NCBI GenBank assembly: GCA_026016245.1
Contig: CP061211.1
Coordinates: 240,001 to 272,000 of the forward strand
Direction of reading: 5' to 3'
From: Candidatus Pacearchaeota archaeon
Lineage (GTDB): Archaea; Nanobdellota; Nanobdellia; Pacearchaeales; UBA284
DNA: 32,000 nucleotides
The translations under genes and the position numbers were made by a program. This document shows, one piece after another, positions 8,172 through 15,350 of this stretch. Position 1 is the first letter of the stretch. Each line of letters opens with the position of its first letter. The notes beneath the pieces are model-generated. The model did not search any database, had not been told where the DNA came from, and saw nothing but the letters and a program-made list of their open reading frames with translations.

Positions 8172-9944
8172 TTATTCCATTGGTGTTCCTGAAAAAGCTT
8201 CTCCTCTTTTTGGTAATCTTCCCCCTAGTTCAGTTGGAAGAGCAGAGAAACCAGCCCCATAAGTTGCAAAATGTTGTTCTGGCAATGTCATACCAAAACC
8301 TACTCCATAGCCAGCTGGGGTTCCGTAAACCCCCCTAACTTGATTCCAGAAAGGAGGCATTTCCATTCCATATAAAGGAGAGCCCATAGCCTCAAATAAA
8401 TAAGGGACAGGACTTACTTTCATGTGTTCAGCCCATGATGCAAATTCAAGAATCTTTTTACCACTATAGCCTTTTTTTTCGAGCTCTGTTAACATTTCTT
8501 TGATAGGAACTTCACCCATCCCTGGAGGAAGTTCTACATGCTCATAACCAAAATTATCAGCCAAATGAACATGCTTAACATAAGGAGCTATCTTTTTTGT
8601 TTCCTCTATTATAGCTTTTTTCGGAAAACCATGTTTCCTTAACATATTAATATGACTAACATCCCATGTTGCTCCAATAAGTTTTTCAGAAGCTGCCCTT
8701 GCTTTAGCATCACTCATCCCCTCTTCTTTTGCTTTCCTAATAAATTCTTCACGACTTTCCTTGATTAAATTGCTTAGTTCTTCTGCGCGGCCAAAAACAG
8801 TGTTAGGAAAGACATTTTCAATAGAAATTATAGGGGCCTTTTCTCCATATTCTTTATAGGCGTGTAAAGCTACATTAGCAATAGTTTTTTTACTTTTATC
8901 TAAACAAAAATCTTCTGCTGGAACATAAGTTTCTGGAGCAGGAAGAGTAGCAAGCTCTCTTAGAATTCTATTATATTTTTCAGCCATCTTGAGAGGATTT
9001 GTGTCTCTAAGTTTTTGCGCTTCTTTCCATTCTTCTCTTATTGTTCCCATTTTTTTCATTACATCCTCTTTTTTTTCTTCTGGTACAAATTCTATGACTT
9101 CATCAAACATGTGTCTTAAAGATAAGTCAACATCTTCATAACGTGCTTTTCCTAACTGAATTTCTGTAACTCCTCTGCCTTTTATAGGAGTCAATTCTTC
9201 TTCTGTAATTTTTTGTTCTTTCCAATCTTTCCAAATATCCCCAGCAGTTTCCCATCCTTCCTTGATCATGCTATCTGCTAAAAGTTTATTATGGATTAGA
9301 GAAGTTCTATTAGAATCCCAAACCCTTTCATTTATTTCTTTAAGCTCTCTTTCTGGATCTGGGATTTCTTCTTTTGGGAAAAATCTTTTTTTGATTTCTA
9401 AAGGAGCAATTCTTCCTGTCTCACGATTTACAGCATACATTATCTGTTTTCTTGGCTCTCCCTCTACCATGCGCCATTCTGTTGATGGTACGCCACCTGT
9501 AGCATGGATGGTCATAGGAATATTTCCTTTAGCACTTAAATCATGTGCTCTATCCATAGCATTCTTTAATTGATTTTCTGCCTGTTCCCTAAAAGATTCA
9601 CTCCAACCATCACGAGAAAAGCCAGCAGGATCAACTATTGGACCGTGCAATGTGAAATCCACCCCAGTTAATTTACCAATCCTTTCCACTTCTTTCCAAT
9701 GCTGCTTAGGAATAGCTTCAAAAACTTGGGGGGATACTTGTGATAGCTCCATAGTTTTTATCCCTTGACTTAATTTGGTTGAAACTTCTCCAATAATATT
9801 TGCTGTTCTTGGATCTGTTGATAAGCCAAGCTGAGAAGGTGGAACTCTATAACCAGTAAACAAAGGACCATACTCAGGATTAAGGGGACTATAAGTACCA
9901 GTATAGAGAGATTCATAAGATTGTGGTCTGCCATAAACAGGCAT
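8172..9944 (-). CDS. Xylose-isomerase-like / AP-endonuclease-2 TIM-barrel protein with large helical insertion and G/Y/P-rich termini
   Basis: DFTLHGP, MTIHATGG, PIISIENVFP, ATWDVSHINM and VKHVHLADNFGYEHVELPPGMGEVPIKEMLTELEKKGYSGKKILE match the metal-binding strands of the sugar-phosphate isomerase/endonuclease IV fold. About 230 aa of charged helices are inserted mid-barrel. AGAGGT lies 8 nt upstream of the ATG. Confidence 0.6.
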   Translation of the reverse strand: MPVYGRPQSYESLYTGTYSPLNPEYGPLFTGYRVPPSQLGLSTDPRTANIIGEVSTKLSQGIKTMELSQVSPQVFEAIPKQHWKEVERIGKLTGVDFTLHGPIVDPAGFSRDGWSESFREQAENQLKNAMDRAHDLSAKGNIPMTIHATGGVPSTEWRMVEGEPRKQIMYAVNRETGRIAPLEIKKRFFPKEEIPDPERELKEINERVWDSNRTSLIHNKLLADSMIKEGWETAGDIWKDWKEQKITEEELTPIKGRGVTEIQLGKARYEDVDLSLRHMFDEVIEFVPEEKKEDVMKKMGTIREEWKEAQKLRDTNPLKMAEKYNRILRELATLPAPETYVPAEDFCLDKSKKTIANVALHAYKEYGEKAPIISIENVFPNTVFGRAEELSNLIKESREEFIRKAKEEGMSDAKARAASEKLIGATWDVSHINMLRKHGFPKKAIIEETKKIAPYVKHVHLADNFGYEHVELPPGMGEVPIKEMLTELEKKGYSGKKILEFASWAEHMKVSPVPYLFEAMGSPLYGMEMPPFWNQVRGVYGTPAGYGVGFGMTLPEQHFATYGAGFSALPTELGGRLPKRGEAFSGTPME

Positions 9945-10004
9945 TTTTTTACCTCTTTTCCTTAATTGAGAAGAAATTACTTAATTTAAATTTTTTTATT
10001 TTTG

Positions 10005-10574
10005 TTATGTTAATTTTTTATATTTCCTAACTTTCTTTTCAGGATGTTTGAATGCAGGTTCAAATTCGCTTGCTCTAAATTCTTCTCTTTCAGTTTTTTC
10101 ATATTTAATAACTTCTTCAAAACGCCCTCCTGTTTCTATTTCTCTGAGCAAGGGTTTGGTTTCTCTGACTTTCGCAGGCTCGAATGCTCTTCTTGGCCTT
10201 ACTTCTTCTCTTGCTTCAACTCTTGTTATCTCTGCTGTAGTTCTGTATTTTGGTTCTTCTTCCTCTGCATGGACAGGAGCATAAATTGGAGCTTCTTTTT
10301 TCACTTCTGGTTTTTTAACTTCAACACTACTTAAGAAATCCTCTAATTTTTCTCCCCTAAATTCTCTTGTCTCTGTCTTCTCTAATATTGGTGCTGTTCT
10401 TTTAACAGGCTCTGGCCCTGGTCTGAATGGAATTTCCCTTATCTCTTTTATTTCCTCGACTTTTTCTTTTGTTTCTTTCTTCTTCTCTTTTTCCTTGTCT
10501 TCTACTTTTTCTTCCTCTTCCTGCTCTTCCCTTTCCTCAGCCTTTTCTTCGTTTTCCTCTTCTTCAACCATTTT
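10005..10574 (-). CDS. Acidic E/K-rich low-complexity protein (189 aa from Met44; ORF track start 10703)
   Basis: The ORF-track N-terminus overlaps the upstream gene by 125 nt. The ATG at 10574 lies 5 nt after the upstream TAA. The sequence is MVEEEENEEKAEEREEQEEEEKVEDKEKEKKKE followed by a P/E/R/K-rich, probably disordered region. Confidence 0.55.
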   Translation of the reverse strand, partial: KMVEEEENEEKAEEREEQEEEEKVEDKEKEKKKETKEKVEEIKEIREIPFRPGPEPVKRTAPILEKTETREFRGEKLEDFLSSVEVKKPEVKKEAPIYAPVHAEEEEPKYRTTAEITRVEAREEVRPRRAFEPAKVRETKPLLREIETGGRFEEVIKYEKTEREEFRASEFEPAFKHPEKKVRKYKKLT

Positions 10575-10578
10575 TAAA

Positions 10579-11949
10579 TTATTTTGGGACATTCCATCTT
10601 CCTGGTATTTCCCATTCTGGTTCAGCAAAAGAAGCCATCCCATGACTCTTCTTGTAAACATCATAAATCTTGTAACATAATGCTGAGGCTGTTCGTTCTG
10701 CAAATTTTCTTATTATAGATTCCTCAAAATTATCTTTCTTGATCTTCCCTATTTCAAGTTCTTTTTTCTCTTTTTCTTTCTTCTTCTTTTCCTCCTTTTC
10801 TTTTTTTTCTGTGAAATGTTCTAAATCTTCTATTACCTGGGAAAGACTTTGTTCTGTTACAGTTTCTACTAAACTTAGGGCATCCTTAAAATCCTCTTTA
10901 TCTAGTTCCTTGTCCAAGACTTTTAACTCATCTTCATTTAGAGCATAAGCCTTGAAGTTAACTTCTGCTCTTCCGCCAAAGACATAATGGCCTTGAGGAG
11001 TTCTTGTTGGAGTGCCTCTAAAAACAAAATCAACAAAAACACAAGCATAATAATCTCTCTTAAGTTTTAAATTACGGAATTTTTTAGGCAGATTTCCAAG
11101 ATCAGCTTCTTTCTGCACATTAATCTTGTTCTTACCTATTATGGAAAGTTCAAGAAGAATAATATTAAAAGCTTTTACCAAAGAAGGCTCTCTTGTTTTT
11201 TCTTTCATCATTAATTCTTGTGCAGCTTTAAGGTAAGGTTTTGCCCATCTTGTATAAAGTTTTAAAGAATCCACCTGGCTTTTTACCCATGCTCTTTCTA
11301 CTTCAAATCTTTTTCTCAGCTCAGCTTCGCTCCTGTCTCTCCAGGCTAAAAATTCAGCTACTCTCGGTTTAAGGACTCTCTTGACTCTGTCATTCAAATC
11401 CATCTTATCAACTTCTTCTGGATTTTTAGCAATCATGAATGCATCAATAACAGTAGCATACATGAATTGTGAAGCTAGTCCTTTAATGCTGGTATTACCC
11501 CTTTGAATATCAACCTTATCCATCCATATCTGTTTCAGACCAAGAATGCCAGACTCTCTCTTTTTTTCATCTTTGCTTTTCGCAAGATCATATTGTTTAA
11601 GTCTTATTTCAAATTCTTTTAAATCATAAAATAGATTTACAAGACTCTTTAACATAACCCCAATTGTTTGCATTATTTTCATTCCTTCTTCTTGCATTAT
11701 TTTGGCTCTCTGACCTATTTCTGCAAAATAACCACTTCCTGGAGAAGCTGCAAAATTGTCCACTATTTTTTCAACATCAAAACCTAGCTCTTTCATGAAT
11801 TCAAGAATCCAGAAATAAACAGGCTCAAGCTGTTCAGCTGGGCTGTCATAAACAAGGCCATGTTCCCAGATTGGTTTTTCATATTTTGGGTTTACACTCT
11901 CTATAATTTCCTCTGTAGTTCTAGAGCCCTCTTTTTTTTCTTCTGTCAT
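10579..11949 (-). CDS. Uncharacterised 456-aa protein (orphan to my recognition)
   Basis: This long ORF has non-repetitive, globular-looking sequence (PVYFWILEFMKELGFDVEKIVDNF; GILGLKQIWMDKVDIQRGNTSIKGL; GHYVFGGRAEVNFKAYAL) plus a KEKEEKKKKEKEKKE linker. No NTP-binding or other motif recognised. Confidence 0.7.
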   Translation of the reverse strand: MTEEKKEGSRTTEEIIESVNPKYEKPIWEHGLVYDSPAEQLEPVYFWILEFMKELGFDVEKIVDNFAASPGSGYFAEIGQRAKIMQEEGMKIMQTIGVMLKSLVNLFYDLKEFEIRLKQYDLAKSKDEKKRESGILGLKQIWMDKVDIQRGNTSIKGLASQFMYATVIDAFMIAKNPEEVDKMDLNDRVKRVLKPRVAEFLAWRDRSEAELRKRFEVERAWVKSQVDSLKLYTRWAKPYLKAAQELMMKEKTREPSLVKAFNIILLELSIIGKNKINVQKEADLGNLPKKFRNLKLKRDYYACVFVDFVFRGTPTRTPQGHYVFGGRAEVNFKAYALNEDELKVLDKELDKEDFKDALSLVETVTEQSLSQVIEDLEHFTEKKEKEEKKKKEKEKKELEIGKIKKDNFEESIIRKFAERTASALCYKIYDVYKKSHGMASFAEPEWEIPGRWNVPK

Positions 11950-11991
11950 AAAAAAATCAAGCAGGGATGATTTTTATTACTTTCGGTATAC

Positions 11992-12004
11992 AAAGATTTA
12001 AAAA
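11992..12004 (+). promoter_or_regulatory. BRE/TATA promoter (AAAGATTTAAAAA)
   Basis: TATA TTTAAAAA (11997-12004) lies 21 nt upstream of the ATG at 12026. The 11-mer AAAGATTTAAA is also present at 2004-2014. Confidence 0.55.
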
Positions 12005-12025
12005 ATATTTATGCTTCTTAATAAT

Positions 12026-12349
12026 ATGGTCTTTGGAAAAATATTCAAGAGAAAGAGGAAAGGCGCAGATGTGATTGATTTAGGTAAACTTAATGAGATA
12101 CAAAACCGCGAAAGGATATTAAAAGAAGCTACAACAGAAAAGCCAGATAGTAATAATATGGGTTTTCTTGGAACCATGGCTAGTGCAGCTGGGAGTGAGA
12201 GTAGCCAGACAACTCATGTAGCAGTTTCTGGGGTTGATATGGAAAAATTTGATAGGCTCTGCAGAAGGCTTGATCATCTGGTGGATAGATTTGAACTTCT
12301 TGAGAGAAAAATCGAGAGAATTGAACATAGGGTTGATTTAAAATACTAG
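12026..12349 (+). CDS. Small protein with C-terminal coiled coil (107 aa; ORF track start 12011)
   Basis: The ATG at 12011 is only 7 nt past the TATA, while ATG 12026 is at the leaderless distance. The C-terminus is FDRLCRRLDHLVDRFELLERKIERIEHRVDLKY. It ends 5 nt before lspA. Confidence 0.6.
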   Translation: MVFGKIFKRKRKGADVIDLGKLNEIQNRERILKEATTEKPDSNNMGFLGTMASAAGSESSQTTHVAVSGVDMEKFDRLCRRLDHLVDRFELLERKIERIEHRVDLKY

Positions 12350-12354
12350 TAAAA

Positions 12355-12819
12355 ATGCCAAAAAAGAAGGTGATGGAAAAAGGAGGGGGTGAGAAAAAAT
12401 TATTTCTCTTTCTAATAACTGTGTTCTTTATTTTTGCTCTTGATAGATACACTAAGTTATTATCACAATTTGTAAGTGGGTGTTTTATTTTTTGTATAAA
12501 ACAATCAGTTAATTATGGGGCTGCCTTCAGTCTTCTAAGTGGTTTTGAATGGACTAGAATTCTCTTAATAATCGTTGCTCTCCTGGTATTGTTTTTCACA
12601 GCTTTCTTTTATTTTCAAGATAAGAATTTCAATTATTTTCATATAGGCTTGATTTTATTATTTGCCGGAACACTAAGTAATCTTTTTGATAGAATATATT
12701 TTGGTTATGTTACTGACTTTTTGACTTTAAGTTTTATTCCAATTCCTGCTTTTAATTTAGCTGATGTGAGTAATGTCATTGGTGTTGTAATTCTGATATG
12801 GACATTAATAAAAAAATAA
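12355..12819 (+). CDS. lspA: Lipoprotein signal peptidase (signal peptidase II)
   Basis: LDRYTK, NYGAAFSL, LSNLFDRIYFGYVTDF and FNLADVSN correspond to the conserved LspA blocks (compare E. coli NYGAAFSF, GNLFDRL..G.VVD, FNLAD). It has four hydrophobic segments. Confidence 0.9.
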   Translation: MPKKKVMEKGGGEKKLFLFLITVFFIFALDRYTKLLSQFVSGCFIFCIKQSVNYGAAFSLLSGFEWTRILLIIVALLVLFFTAFFYFQDKNFNYFHIGLILLFAGTLSNLFDRIYFGYVTDFLTLSFIPIPAFNLADVSNVIGVVILIWTLIKK

Positions 12820-12841
12820 AAAAGAATAAAAAACAGAAAAA

Positions 12842-13600
12842 TTAAACTGCTTCAAAAACAACACGTACTGAAGCTGTAACTGTAACTTTTCCTATCTCTA
12901 CTGAAGCTGGCGTCTCAATTTCTCCACCCTCGCCGCCTATTGCTTTTGCTCTATAATCCACAGCATAAATCCAAGGTCTATAGTCCCAAGTGGTATCTTG
13001 AACATTTTTTATCCCTTTAATATCTAAGCCCAAACCTTGAGCTATGCTCTCTGCTTTTGTCTTTGCGTTTTCTGAAGCTTTTTGGAGAGTTTCTTCCTTA
13101 AGTTCATTCATTTCTTCATCTGACAAAGAGTATTGTATGTTGTCAACAAAGTTTGCTCCAGCATCTACTGCCGCTGTTATGAATATTCCTATATTAGTGT
13201 AATTCTCAATCTTTATCTTCAATCTATGGTAAGCTCTGTAACCTTTAATTTTTCTTGTGCCTTGTATCCACTCATACTCTGGATGTAAAGTATAAGAGTC
13301 TGTCACTATCTTACTCTCTGAAAGACCTTTGTCTATCAAGGCTTTTTTAATTTCTGCTATTGCTTTTGCATTCTCTTGCTCAGCTTCTTGGGCATTCTCA
13401 TTTGTGTTTTGGTAACCTAGATAAATAGTCGCTATAGTTGCTTGTTTTTCGAGTTCAGCATTTCCATTAACATCAATTGTTTTTCCTTGTGGCAATGGTT
13501 TGAAAATTAAGAGTGTTATAATAAAAGCTGCCACGATTACCACTATAAGAATTGTTAAAAGAATTGGTGTTGCTTTAATTGTTTTAATTCTTTTAGCCAT
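12842..13600 (-). CDS. SIMPL / DUF541-family secreted or membrane-anchored protein
   Basis: It has an N-terminal anchor ILLTILIVVIVAAFIITLLIF. Typical SIMPL layout follows: AQEAEQENAKAIAEIKKALIDKGL...IVTDSYTLHPEYEW...KGYRAYHRLKI...AVDAGANFVDNIQYSLSDEE...LQKASENAKTKAESIAQGLGL. Confidence 0.8.
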   Translation of the reverse strand: MAKRIKTIKATPILLTILIVVIVAAFIITLLIFKPLPQGKTIDVNGNAELEKQATIATIYLGYQNTNENAQEAEQENAKAIAEIKKALIDKGLSESKIVTDSYTLHPEYEWIQGTRKIKGYRAYHRLKIKIENYTNIGIFITAAVDAGANFVDNIQYSLSDEEMNELKEETLQKASENAKTKAESIAQGLGLDIKGIKNVQDTTWDYRPWIYAVDYRAKAIGGEGGEIETPASVEIGKVTVTASVRVVFEAV

Positions 13601-13622
13601 TTTGTTTTAAAAAGAATAATCT

Positions 13623-13630
13623 ATTTAAAG
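13623..13630 (+). promoter_or_regulatory. TATA box for gltX (leaderless)
   Basis: ATTTAAAG lies 21 nt upstream of the ATG at 13652. Confidence 0.5.
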
Positions 13631-13651
13631 GTTTCTTGTTTTTATAAAGTG

Positions 13652-15331
13652 ATGATGAAAAAAAGTGAAAAAAAGATTCTTGCTTATGCTTTGGCAAATG
13701 CAATATCTCATAATGGTAAAGCGCAAGTAGGAGCAGTTTTACCAAAATTATTCCAGGAAGGATTAAAGAAAGAACAAGTTAAAGCCATAATACCAAAAAT
13801 TCAGAAAATAGTCAAACAAATCAATGCGCTAAGCAAGGAAGCTCAAGAAGAAAAATACCAAAAGCTCAGCAGTTTAGTAAAGAGAAAGGAAGAAAGAAAA
13901 GGCCTTCCAGAATTACCAAACGCAAAGCAAGGAAAAGTGGTAATGAGACTTGCTCCTTTCCCAAGCGGGCCTTTACATATTGGAAATGCCCGCCCATTCA
14001 TAGTGAATGATGAATATGTAAAGATGTATCAAGGCAAGCTTCTTTTTGTTATTGATGATACTATTGGAAGTGAAGAGAAAAGAATCATGCCTGAATCCTA
14101 CAAACTTATTCCTGAAGCACTTGATTGGTTGAAAATTAGGTATAAGAAGCCAATAATTTACAAATCTGACAGACTGAATCTTTATTATAGATATGCTGAA
14201 GAATTAATAAAGAAGGATAAAGCATATGTTTGTTTCTGTAGCTCTGATGTTTTACATGAGAATAGAGTCAAAAGAAAGGAATGTGAACATAGAAGAGCAA
14301 ATATTAAAGAAAATCTAAAAAATTGGAAGGAAATGTTGAATGGAAAATACAAACAAGGACAAGCTATTTTGAGAATAAAGACAAATATGCAACATAAGAA
14401 TCCTGCTTTTCGCGACCGTGTTTTGTTTAGGATTTCTGAAAGGGAGCATCCAAAAACAAAAAAGAAATATAAAGTTTGGCCTCTTCTTGAATTTTCGTGG
14501 GCTATAGACGACCATTTACTTGGAATAACACATATATTACGAGGAAAGGATTTGATGATGGAAAGTGAGATGGAAAAATATATTTGGGACATCTTTGGCT
14601 GGAAAAAGCCAATAATAATTCATACAGGTCTTATTAACATAGAAGGAGCAAAAATTTCCAAAAGTAAAAGTCAGAAAGAGATTGTTACAGGAAAATATTT
14701 TGGTTGGGATGATCCTAGGACATGGTCTTTACAATCATTAAGAAGAAAAGGTATTGAGGCAGAAGCAGTCAGGGCTTTCTGCTTAAGTTTGGGATTAACG
14801 CAGACAGAAGCAACAGTTCCAATTGAAAATCTTTACAAGGAAAATAAAAAAATAGTGGAAAAATCAGACCGTTATTTCTTTGTTGCCAATCCTACAAAAA
14901 TTAAGATAAAAAGTGCTTTAAAAATTAAGACAAAAATTTTGTTGCATCCAGATCATCCAAAAAGGGGCTGCAGAAATTTCTCAACATATCAGGATTTTTA
15001 TATAGCAAATGAGGATTATAAGAAAATCAGGAGAGGTTGCTTGTATAGGTTAATGAATTTGTTTAATTTTACAAAAAATACTTACTTCAAATTTATTTCC
15101 AAGGAGCATGAGCCAAAATTAAAAGCCAAGCTGATTCACTGGCTTCCTGTTCAAAAAGATCTTGTTCAAGCAGAGGTTTTGATGCCTGATGGAAACATTA
15201 TAAAAGGGCTTGCAGAGAATGGGATTAGGAAACTAAAGCCAGATACAATAATACAATTTGAACGCTTTGGTTTTTGCAGATTTGATGGGAAAGAGAAAAA
15301 TAAATTTTTATTTTGGTTTGGCCACAGATAA
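13652..15331 (+). CDS. gltX: Glutamyl-tRNA synthetase, archaeal/eukaryal type
   Basis: Class-I signatures are present: PFPSGPLHIGNAR (HIGH) and KISKSKS (KMSKS). An archaeal-GluRS N-terminal helical extension (ILAYALANAISHNGKAQVGAVLPKLF) is also present. The C-terminus is FERFGFCRFD. The track start 13649 is GTG; the first ATG is 13652. Confidence 0.92.
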   Translation: MMKKSEKKILAYALANAISHNGKAQVGAVLPKLFQEGLKKEQVKAIIPKIQKIVKQINALSKEAQEEKYQKLSSLVKRKEERKGLPELPNAKQGKVVMRLAPFPSGPLHIGNARPFIVNDEYVKMYQGKLLFVIDDTIGSEEKRIMPESYKLIPEALDWLKIRYKKPIIYKSDRLNLYYRYAEELIKKDKAYVCFCSSDVLHENRVKRKECEHRRANIKENLKNWKEMLNGKYKQGQAILRIKTNMQHKNPAFRDRVLFRISEREHPKTKKKYKVWPLLEFSWAIDDHLLGITHILRGKDLMMESEMEKYIWDIFGWKKPIIIHTGLINIEGAKISKSKSQKEIVTGKYFGWDDPRTWSLQSLRRKGIEAEAVRAFCLSLGLTQTEATVPIENLYKENKKIVEKSDRYFFVANPTKIKIKSALKIKTKILLHPDHPKRGCRNFSTYQDFYIANEDYKKIRRGCLYRLMNLFNFTKNTYFKFISKEHEPKLKAKLIHWLPVQKDLVQAEVLMPDGNIIKGLAENGIRKLKPDTIIQFERFGFCRFDGKEKNKFLFWFGHR

Positions 15332-15350
15332 ATATAAGATAGGGTCTAAG

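Noticed and set aside
10579-10703. 125-nt overlap between the 456-aa and 232-aa ORFs as a programmed overlap or frameshift site
   Set aside because: An in-frame ATG at 10574, 5 nt after the upstream stop, removes the overlap. The overlapping N-terminal extension (MQNEQPQHYVTRFMMFTRRVMGWLLLLNQ) looks like the alternate-frame read of the upstream gene's C-terminus.
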